Positions 35,683 to 42,603 of a stretch of 42,603 nucleotides of DNA are shown here, piece after piece (the stretch's first letter is position 1; each line of letters starts with the position of its first letter). This stretch comes from Desulfobacterales bacterium (GTDB lineage: Bacteria > Desulfobacterota > Desulfobacteria > Desulfobacterales > JAHEIW01). The position numbers and the translations under genes are program-made. The notes under the pieces are model-generated. The model did not search any database. It was not told where the DNA came from and worked only from the letters and a program-made list of their open reading frames with translations. The stretch lies in the NCBI GenBank assembly GCA_050122495.1, contig JASFIU010000002.1, positions 1-42,603 on the forward strand. The letters run 5' to 3'.

Positions 35683-38175
35683 ATGGGGCAGAAAGGCAAA
35701 TTTTTAGTTACGAGCGAAGGCAGTTTCGATCTCAGCACCTATACCTGGGATGATCAGCTTTTTTCAGACATTCTCGTCCGTGAAAACCCGATCGATGCCA
35801 ACCAGGCCTTGGGTATCAGCCAGTCCTTGCGTGAAGATATTTCCAAGCTGGAAATCAACACCATTCCGGTCGTGTTTATCGAAAAAATGATTGAAGCCAA
35901 GCTAATGGAATACGGGCTGACCAAACCCTCACCGATTCATCTGGACAAATCGATTTTCGTAAAAAATCGATTGAATCTCTCCGATAACGCCAGAAGGGTT
36001 TTAAGAAGACGCTATTTGAGAAAAAGCCGCATAGGCAAAGTCATTGAAACCCCGGAGCAAATGTTTCGACGGGTAGCGAACCATATCGCCAAAGCAGAGA
36101 AAAAATACGGGGACAAATCCAGCGGCCAGGTAGATCAGTGGGAAGAAATCTTCCACGAGATGATGACCGATGGAAAGTTTCTGCCCAACTCTCCCACCCT
36201 CATGAACGCCGGGCGCCGGCTGGCTCAGCTGGCCGCCTGTTTTGTCTTGCCGGTTGAAGACAGCATGGAGGGCATATTCGGGGCCCTGCACCATGCGGCC
36301 CTGATTCATAAATCCGGCGGCGGAACCGGTTTTGCATTTTCACGGCTGCGTCCGAAAAACAGCACCGTCGGCACAACCGGCGGCGTGGCCTCGGGTCCGG
36401 TTTCGTTTATGAAGATTTTCAATACCGCCACCGAGCAAGTCAAGCAAGGCGGCACCCGCCGCGGGGCCAACATGGCGATTTTACGGGTGGATCACCCGGA
36501 TATCATGGAATTCATCTTCAGCAAAGAAGACAACAGCGAGCTCAATAATTTTAATATCTCGGTGGGCGTCTCCGACAAATTTATGAAAGCCGTTGACCGG
36601 CAGGAGGACTATGACCTGATCGATCCCCGCGATCAGAGCGCGGTTGGCCGCTTAAATGCGGCTGATGTTTATCAAACCCTGATAAAGCAGGCCTGGAAAA
36701 ACGGAGATCCGGGTATCATCTTTTTAGATCGTATTAACCAGGATAACCCCACACCGCATCTCGGTGACATCGAAAGCACCAATCCCTGCGGTGAACAACC
36801 ACTGCTTCCGATGGAAGCCTGCAATCTGGGCTCAATCAATTTGGCCAAATTTGTGCTGGAAAATGGAGACGGACCGGTCATCGATTTTGAAGGCTTAAAA
36901 GAGGTGGTCGGCTGGTCGGTGCGGTTTTTAGACAACACCATTGACATGTCCAAATATCCGCTCCCGGAAATCGATGAAATGGTCAAAGGCAACCGCAAAA
37001 TCGGTTTGGGGGTTATGGGCTTTGCCGATATGCTTTTTCAGCTAAAAATTCCGTATAACTCCGATGAAGCGCTGGAAACCGCGGAAACGGTGATGCAGTT
37101 TATACAGGAAAAAGCCCACGAAACGTCTCAAAATCTGGCCGAAGAGCGGGGTGTCTTTCCCAATTGGAAACAAAGCATCTACAAGCGTCACGGCCTCAAA
37201 CTGCGTAACGCCACCTGTACCACCATCGCGCCCACCGGTACATTGAGCATCATTGCCGGATGCTCCAGCGGTATCGAGCCGCTGTTTGCGCTGAGCTTTA
37301 TTCGCAATGTGATGGACAACGATAAACTGCTGGAAGTCAACCCCCATTTTGAAGAGGTGGCCAACGATCAACGCTTTTACAGCCGTGAGCTGATGGATGA
37401 AATTGCCAAAAGAGGCAGCATCAAAAAGATCAAACAAATACCCAAAGACGTCCGCAAGGTATTTGTCACCGCCCATGATGTATCGCCGGATTGGCATATC
37501 CGCATGCAGGCTGCCTTTCAGAAATATACCGATAATGCCGTATCCAAAACCGTCAATCTTCCCCGGGATGCCACCGTCGAGGACGTCATGAAGGTTTATA
37601 ATCTGGCCAATGAACTGGGCTGCAAAGGGGTGACGATTTATAGAGACGGCAGCAAAGAAAACCAGGTCTTATCGTTTTCTCAAAAAGACCGGCGCAAGGA
37701 CGATTTCATGTCCGCCGTCAAGGAACGGCCGGAGACCCTGGATGGTTTCACCACCAAAATGAAAACCGGCTACGGCCATCTTTATGTGACCGTCACTGAA
37801 TATGACGGCAAGCCCTTTGAAGTCTTTGCCACCATCGGCAAGTCCGGCCGGTCCACCACCGCTAAAACCGAAGCCATCGGCCGCCTGGCCTCTTTGGCGC
37901 TCAGGTCGGGCATAAAAGTGAATGAGATCGTCCATCAGCTCAAAGGTATCGGCGGTGAACATCCTGTCTTTCAGAACGGCGGATTGGTGCTGTCCATCCC
38001 GGACGCCATCGCTCGGGTGCTGGACCGACGGTACCTTTCCGGTGATGCCGCCAAACGAAATCACAAATCTGAAAACAGCCTTATGGGTGAAAAATGCCCC
38101 GAATGCGGGCAGACGGTTAGTTTCGAGGAGGGGTGTATACTCTGTCACTTCTGTGGCTTCAATAAATGCGGATGA
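35683..38175 (+). CDS. nrdJ: Class II (adenosylcobalamin-dependent) ribonucleotide reductase
   Basis: The N-terminal region LSDNARRVLRRRYL is present. The active-site region is TNPCGEQPLLPMEACNLGSINL. A C-terminal Cys4 ribbon (CPECGQ...CILCHFCG) is present. It is 830 aa with an AGGAG SD. Confidence 0.88.
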   Translation: MGQKGKFLVTSEGSFDLSTYTWDDQLFSDILVRENPIDANQALGISQSLREDISKLEINTIPVVFIEKMIEAKLMEYGLTKPSPIHLDKSIFVKNRLNLSDNARRVLRRRYLRKSRIGKVIETPEQMFRRVANHIAKAEKKYGDKSSGQVDQWEEIFHEMMTDGKFLPNSPTLMNAGRRLAQLAACFVLPVEDSMEGIFGALHHAALIHKSGGGTGFAFSRLRPKNSTVGTTGGVASGPVSFMKIFNTATEQVKQGGTRRGANMAILRVDHPDIMEFIFSKEDNSELNNFNISVGVSDKFMKAVDRQEDYDLIDPRDQSAVGRLNAADVYQTLIKQAWKNGDPGIIFLDRINQDNPTPHLGDIESTNPCGEQPLLPMEACNLGSINLAKFVLENGDGPVIDFEGLKEVVGWSVRFLDNTIDMSKYPLPEIDEMVKGNRKIGLGVMGFADMLFQLKIPYNSDEALETAETVMQFIQEKAHETSQNLAEERGVFPNWKQSIYKRHGLKLRNATCTTIAPTGTLSIIAGCSSGIEPLFALSFIRNVMDNDKLLEVNPHFEEVANDQRFYSRELMDEIAKRGSIKKIKQIPKDVRKVFVTAHDVSPDWHIRMQAAFQKYTDNAVSKTVNLPRDATVEDVMKVYNLANELGCKGVTIYRDGSKENQVLSFSQKDRRKDDFMSAVKERPETLDGFTTKMKTGYGHLYVTVTEYDGKPFEVFATIGKSGRSTTAKTEAIGRLASLALRSGIKVNEIVHQLKGIGGEHPVFQNGGLVLSIPDAIARVLDRRYLSGDAAKRNHKSENSLMGEKCPECGQTVSFEEGCILCHFCGFNKCG

Positions 38176-38238
38176 CAAAAATTTTAGAATAAAATTTTTG
38201 TCAGTTATCAGTTATTGGTTAATGGTTATTCGGTTTTG
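38173..38238. repeat. 13-bp perfect AT-rich hairpin containing the nrdJ stop codon, followed by five tandem GTTATTG-type heptamers
   Basis: TGACAAAAATTTT at 38173-38185 pairs with AAAATTTTTGTCA at 38191-38203. Next comes GTTATCA GTTATTG GTTAATG GTTATTC GGTTTTG at 38204-38238, in one orientation only. Confidence 0.8.
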
Positions 38239-38243
38239 ATAAA

Positions 38244-38273
38244 GGCAGAATCATAAATGATTCTGCCTTTTTT
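38244..38273. terminator. Bidirectional intrinsic terminator between nrdJ and zur
   Basis: GGCAGAATCA-TAAA-TGATTCTGCC is a perfect 10-bp stem. It is followed by TTTTTT on the plus strand and preceded by an A-rich run. Confidence 0.8.
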
Positions 38274-38300
38274 GATTTTGGGTGATGGGCTTTGGGGTTG

Positions 38301-38750
38301 TTAATGTATTGGATTTTTCTCGGTTTGCAGGCAGGTTTTGCAGACGCCATCGACACGCACTTCTATGTTTTGAATCAAGCCCGCAAAGGTTTGCTGCATC
38401 GGCTGGGTGTCCACATTGAGACTCTGTGGTGTTAAACATTCCATGTGGCCGCAGCTTTTACAGTAAAAATGGGAATGCGCCGGATGATAATCGTTGGGTG
38501 CCAAACCGTAAACAAATGACCGCCCGCCGCCGCTAAGTCGCTGGACCAGTCCACGCTTCACAAGCAAATCAAGAATCCGATAAACCGTCACGCGGTTAAT
38601 CGAGGTGTTGGGTTCTAAAGTTTTATAAATATCACCGGCCGAAACAGGGGCGTTTGTGTTTCCGATGGCTTCTAAAACACGGAGACGATTAGCGGATACC
38701 CCGAGCTGGCATGATTTTAATAGTTCTGTATAATCACATTGATGACACAT
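38301..38750 (-). CDS. zur: Fur-family metalloregulator, probably Zur
   Basis: A winged-helix region (RVTVYRILDLLVKRGLV) is present with CxxC pairs (CKSCGH, CKTC). It is the last gene of a znu-type operon. AAGGAG SD overlaps the znuB stop. Confidence 0.7.
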   Translation of the reverse strand: MCHQCDYTELLKSCQLGVSANRLRVLEAIGNTNAPVSAGDIYKTLEPNTSINRVTVYRILDLLVKRGLVQRLSGGGRSFVYGLAPNDYHPAHSHFYCKSCGHMECLTPQSLNVDTQPMQQTFAGLIQNIEVRVDGVCKTCLQTEKNPIH

Positions 38751-38759
38751 GTTAACTCC

Positions 38760-39605
38760 TTATGGATTGGTGCTGGAAACGGTTTTTGAATTCTGCCGGC
38801 GCCAGGCAAACAGATGGTCAACCAAAAAGAAAAGAAAAAAAGTGATTCCGGCAACCATTATAATGGACGCGCCCGATGTCAGGTCAAAAGCGTATGAAAG
38901 CCAAAGACCGCTTATCGTAAAAACTGCCCCCAGCAGGCTTGAGCCCACCATCATTTGAAAAAGGGATTTGGCATACTTTTCGATGATAAACGGCGGGATG
39001 GTTAACAGCGCTATCACAAGGATTAGCCCTACGACCTGGATGACCATCACAATCGTGATTGCCAGAATACCGATTAGGGCAAAATAAAGCGCCCGAATCG
39101 GCACCCCCCGAACGCGGGCAAATTCCTCATCGTAAGATATCGCCAACAGATCTTTATAAAAAAGGATGGCAAAGCCGGCAATCAAGGCTCCCACCATCAG
39201 CATAATCCACAAATCCGATCCGGGGACGGTTAAAATGCTGCCAAACAGATAGCTCATCAGATCCACATTGTATCCGGGTGTCAAGTCCAACAATATAATA
39301 CCGCAGGCCATGCCCAGGGCCCAGATGACACCGATGATCGTATCGGCCCGATGTTTGGCCTTCAGACTGACCGCGGCCATAACCATTGCCGCCGCAAGGG
39401 AAAACCCGAGGGTGCCGACCAGGTAAGGCCAACCCAGGAAGAAGGATAGGCCGATCCCTCCGTAAGCGGCGTGGGCGATTCCGCCGGACAGAAAAACGAT
39501 GCGGTTGACCACCACCAGGGTTCCCATGACCCCGCAGATGACACTGGCGAGCAAGCCGGCCGCCAGGGCATTCCGCATAAATTCATATTGCAGGGCTTCA
39601 AGCAT
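38760..39605 (-). CDS. znuB: ABC-3 family metal (Zn/Mn) transporter permease
   Basis: The 281-aa ORF is polytopic. ZnuB/TroCD-like segments are present (FMRNALAAGLL, GGIAHAAYGG). Confidence 0.85.
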   Translation of the reverse strand: MLEALQYEFMRNALAAGLLASVICGVMGTLVVVNRIVFLSGGIAHAAYGGIGLSFFLGWPYLVGTLGFSLAAAMVMAAVSLKAKHRADTIIGVIWALGMACGIILLDLTPGYNVDLMSYLFGSILTVPGSDLWIMLMVGALIAGFAILFYKDLLAISYDEEFARVRGVPIRALYFALIGILAITIVMVIQVVGLILVIALLTIPPFIIEKYAKSLFQMMVGSSLLGAVFTISGLWLSYAFDLTSGASIIMVAGITFFLFFLVDHLFAWRRQNSKTVSSTNP

Positions 39606-39677
39606 CGGATTACGTTTCGTAATTTCTCAAATTTCTTAGAGCTCAAGTACTTTTTGAGGCCAACTTTTTTTAAGCCA

Positions 39678-39802
39678 TATGGAATAGTGGAATATTGGAA
39701 TACTGGGTAGGTGGAACGCGGAAAATACCTGCAAAATTATCCCCTCAAAATCCGTTTTCTTGATACCCATCATTCCAATATTCCATTATTCCACCATTCC
39801 GC
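39678..39802. repeat. Periodic-arm hairpin, GGAATANT octamer family, inside the znuC-znuB gap
   Basis: Left arm from 39678 is TATGGAATAGTGGAATATTGGAATACTGGGTAGGTGGAA. Right arm 39766-39802 is CCCATCATTCCAATATTCCATTATTCCACCATTCCGC. The loop is about 45 nt. Confidence 0.85.
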
Positions 39803-39821
39803 TTAGGGCATAGCCCCAAGC

Positions 39822-40598
39822 TTAATCCGGATGTTGTTTCAAAACGCGGTGGGGCAATCCATGTGCCACCAATTCAACGGGGCAGACGTCCTCATCGGTG
39901 CAGGGGTACATCTCTTCGAGCATCTCCCCCGTAATCTCTGCCTGGTGGTGATAGTGAAGTCGCTTGTTTACACAGGCCACGGATTTAACGTAGGTTGAAA
40001 TCGCCACCAGATCGTGGCTGACGACCAGAATAGTTATATCTTTGTTTAGCTCTTTTAAAAGGCTGTAAAACTCAGCCTGGCCCCTGGCATCGATGCTGGC
40101 TGTGGGTTCATCCAGAAGCAACACCTTCGGTTGGGTAACCAGGGCCCTGGCAATAAACACCCGCTGGCGTTGGCCCCCCGAAAGTTCACCGATTTTACTG
40201 CCGGCGTAATCTGCGATTTCCATTCGCGCAAGCGCGTCAAGCGCATCGGTGCGGTCTTGAGCGGAATTTTTCGCCCATCTCTTGCCGGGTTCCAGTTTGC
40301 CCATCAGCACGACATCGATGGCGGTGATGGGAAAACTGCGGTTAATGTGAACGTCCTGGGATACGTATCCGATGTGGTGTGAAGCTTTTTCGGTGGGGTC
40401 TCCCAGTACCCGAATCGCACCTGTGTTCGGTCTCAGTAACCCCAGCATCAGTTTCAGCAGGGTTGTTTTGCCCCCGCCGTTAGGACCGATCATGGCGATA
40501 AAATCCCCCGGCCGGATGTCCAGGCTGACGTCTTCAAGCACCGTCTTCCCGTTGTATGCAAACCACACGTTTCTTATCTCAACGATCGAATTTTCCAT
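39822..40598 (-). CDS. znuC: ABC transporter ATP-binding protein (ZnuC-like)
   Basis: Walker A is GPNGGGKTT, the signature is LSGGQRQRV, and Walker B is LLLLDEP. It is 258 aa. Confidence 0.9.
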   Translation of the reverse strand: MENSIVEIRNVWFAYNGKTVLEDVSLDIRPGDFIAMIGPNGGGKTTLLKLMLGLLRPNTGAIRVLGDPTEKASHHIGYVSQDVHINRSFPITAIDVVLMGKLEPGKRWAKNSAQDRTDALDALARMEIADYAGSKIGELSGGQRQRVFIARALVTQPKVLLLDEPTASIDARGQAEFYSLLKELNKDITILVVSHDLVAISTYVKSVACVNKRLHYHHQAEITGEMLEEMYPCTDEDVCPVELVAHGLPHRVLKQHPD

Positions 40599-41322
40599 TT
40601 ATTTTAAAGCCCCTTCGATTTCTCTGACAAGTTGGCGAAGATTACCCGACCAGTCTTGAGCCAATGGTCGGCTACGACCACCCGGCCGCCGATTTCTTTG
40701 GCCACCAGCTTGGCACTCTTGGATGAAAACTGTGGCTGCACAGAGATGATTTTGATACCGCTGTTCTTGGCATGCTCGATCATCGCTTTGAGCTGAGCCG
40801 GCTTCGGGTCTTTGCCTTCGATTTCAACCGCTATCTGTTTCAAACCATAGGTGCGGGCAAAATAGCCCCAGGATGGATGAAAGACCATAAATTGAAGCCC
40901 CTGCTTGTCTACGAACATATTTCTAAACTCGGCATCCAAAGCCGCAAGCGTCGCAACAAAAGCTTTGTAGTTGACGTCATAAACCAGACGGTGGGCCGGA
41001 TCGATTTCCTGTAAGGCATTCCGAATGGTGCGCGCCTGCACTTTCACCAGCTCTGGCGACAGCCAGATATGCGGATCAGGCTCACCGTGTTCTTCTCGAT
41101 GGTCTTCTCCCGGGTGAACTTCAGCCTGGTGACGATGCGTGCTCATCGGTATTTTTTGAATGCCATGATCCGTTTGCACCACCTGCATGTTCGGGTTGGC
41201 TGCGGCGATTTTTTTTCAGCCAGCCTTTTGCCTGCCGCTGCACTTGAGCTGCTGATGAGCAAAAAGGCCCATGAAACAAAAAATATGCCGCCTAAAAGGC
41301 GTTTGTGCCGATTTACCTGCAT
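40599..41322 (-). pseudogene. znuA: Decayed ZnuA-like periplasmic metal-binding protein: two frameshifts, and the N-terminal lobe is missing
   Basis: A signal peptide is encoded in one frame (41322 downward: MQVNRHKRLLGGIFFVSWAFLLISSSSAAA). The body lies in another frame (His-rich loop, DPHIWLSP, FHPSWGYF). The canonical C-terminus DPLAQDWSGNLRQLVREIEGALK lies in a third frame and ends TAA-ATG against znuC. Confidence 0.6.
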
Positions 41323-41376
41323 CAATATGATCTATCCCCGCAACGTGTCCTGCCAGTTAAAATAGTGCACCCGACT

Positions 41377-41412
41377 AAATGCAAATATGTTGCATTTTAT
41401 CTAAATTGTCAA
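41377..41412 (-). promoter_or_regulatory. Putative znu promoter with overlapping Zur-type palindromic operator
   Basis: The minus strand has TTGACA (41412-41407), a 17-nt spacer and CATATT (41389-41384). The palindrome AAATGCAA-ATATG-TTGCATTT at 41377-41397 overlaps the -10 element. Confidence 0.55.
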
Positions 41413-41597
41413 TTAAATTAAGGATCGGCGCGCTTTTCGACCCGCTTTTTTCGACAAGCTCGCCTTCTGACTGTCATTGAAAACGGCTGTGCTTGGAGCA
41501 AAATGGGTTTCAAGGAAAAACTTCCCGACCGCTGATTTAAGGTAGAATGGGTGCATTCAGAAGAAACGCTTAAGGGGATGGAGATAAATGAAAACGG

Positions 41598-42603
41598 CTA
41601 TTTTTTTACGACCTTCATGCCATCTTTGGTGTCCTGGACCTGATAGCCCAGAGCTTCAATTTCTGCCCGCAGTTGATCTGAGGCCGCAAAATCTTTGGCT
41701 TCCCGGGCTTTTACGCGCGCTTCTATCAGCTTTTGAACCTCTGCGGGCAACGCCGGCGCTTGGTCGAGCTGATCCAGCCCCAACCCGAGCACGTGGTCAA
41801 AATCCAACGCCGTGGTATGTTTTTCGACATCGCTGATATCGCTTTTCAGCATCTCCTGGAGAACTGCCATCGCCCGGGGCATATTTAAATCATCATTGAC
41901 AGCTTGAATGAATTTATTCTTAAATTCAGCGTTGACGGCATTGTCAGCATCGACCCCGGCATCCGCCACCTGGCGCACCTGGTTTTGCAAATGCAGCAAC
42001 CCATTGCGGGCAGCCTCGATGCTCTCGTCGCTGTATTCCATGGGTTTGCGGTAATGGGTCAGAAAGGCTGCAAAGCGGTATGCCAGCGGATTAATATCAT
42101 TTTTGAGAAAGGCATTTTCCAGGGTCAGGAAATTTCCCTCGCTTTTGGCCATTTTTTTGCCGCCCTGAATGATAAGAAAAGCCCCGTGCATCCAGAAATT
42201 AAAAAAGGGTTTGCCCGTTGCAGCCTCTGACTGCGCAATTTCATTGGTATGGTGGACGTCAATATGATCCGTGCCGCCGCAGTGAATGTCCAGCTGGTCA
42301 CCTAAAAACTTCATGCTCATGGCCGAGCACTCCAGATGCCAGCCCGGAAAGCCGATCCCCCAGGGCGAATCCCATTCCATCTGCCGTTTTGAACCTTCAG
42401 GTGAAAATTTCCACAGAGCGAAATCGGTGGGATTGCGTTTTTCCGGATTGCGCTCAACCCGGGCACCTTCCTGCAAAGCCTCAAGGTTCTGGTGCGATAG
42501 CTTGTTGTAGCCCTTAAATTTAGCGGTATCAAAATAAATGCCGTCAGCGGTGCGATAGGTGAAGTTTTTTTCTTCCAGCGTCTGGATCAAGGCAATCTGC
42601 TCC
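41598..42603 (-). CDS. cysS: Cysteinyl-tRNA synthetase, C-terminal part (N-terminus beyond the window edge)
   Basis: GFPGWHLECSAMS and the KMSKS-type motif KMAKS are present, followed by an anticodon-binding/DALR-like tail. The ORF is open to the window end. Confidence 0.9.
   Translation of the reverse strand, partial: EQIALIQTLEEKNFTYRTADGIYFDTAKFKGYNKLSHQNLEALQEGARVERNPEKRNPTDFALWKFSPEGSKRQMEWDSPWGIGFPGWHLECSAMSMKFLGDQLDIHCGGTDHIDVHHTNEIAQSEAATGKPFFNFWMHGAFLIIQGGKKMAKSEGNFLTLENAFLKNDINPLAYRFAAFLTHYRKPMEYSDESIEAARNGLLHLQNQVRQVADAGVDADNAVNAEFKNKFIQAVNDDLNMPRAMAVLQEMLKSDISDVEKHTTALDFDHVLGLGLDQLDQAPALPAEVQKLIEARVKAREAKDFAASDQLRAEIEALGYQVQDTKDGMKVVKK

Noticed and set aside
41440-41465. Direct GCTTTTCGAC repeat downstream of cysS as a terminator
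   Set aside because: No convincing stem-loop could be drawn on the minus strand. It is probably a chance repeat.

Overview
This 42.6 kb window looks like chromosomal core genome of an anaerobe. The gene content suggests a Desulfobacterota-like delta-proteobacterium, but that is inference only. All product calls rest on motifs read from the ORF translations; no database search was run.

The window is dominated by nitrogen and glutamine metabolism:
- Minus strand: a three-gene archaeal-type split glutamate synthase, then carA, carB and purF, then a small operon encoding a cNMP-binding protein, a radical SAM enzyme and an HTH/Zn-ribbon protein.
- Plus strand: a cNMP-binding protein, an M48/TPR lipoprotein peptidase, glnE, then glnD-amtB-PII-glnA.
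- A convergent GAF-domain sigma-54 activator follows glnA.
- Next come dinB, a PAS/GAF NarL-class histidine kinase with a LuxR-type response regulator, a CheY-like receiver, a porin with a repeat lipoprotein, class II ribonucleotide reductase nrdJ, a zur-znuB-znuC-(decayed znuA) operon, and a partial cysS.

Two near-consensus sigma-54 promoters are visible, upstream of the GOGAT operon and upstream of glnD.

The most unusual signal is non-coding. About 15 intergenic gaps carry hairpin elements whose two arms are short tandem repeats (period 6-10 nt) of at least seven unrelated unit sequences. Some are nested, some abut or invade stop codons, and most lie between co-directional or convergent genes. 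I cannot assign them to any repeat class I know.
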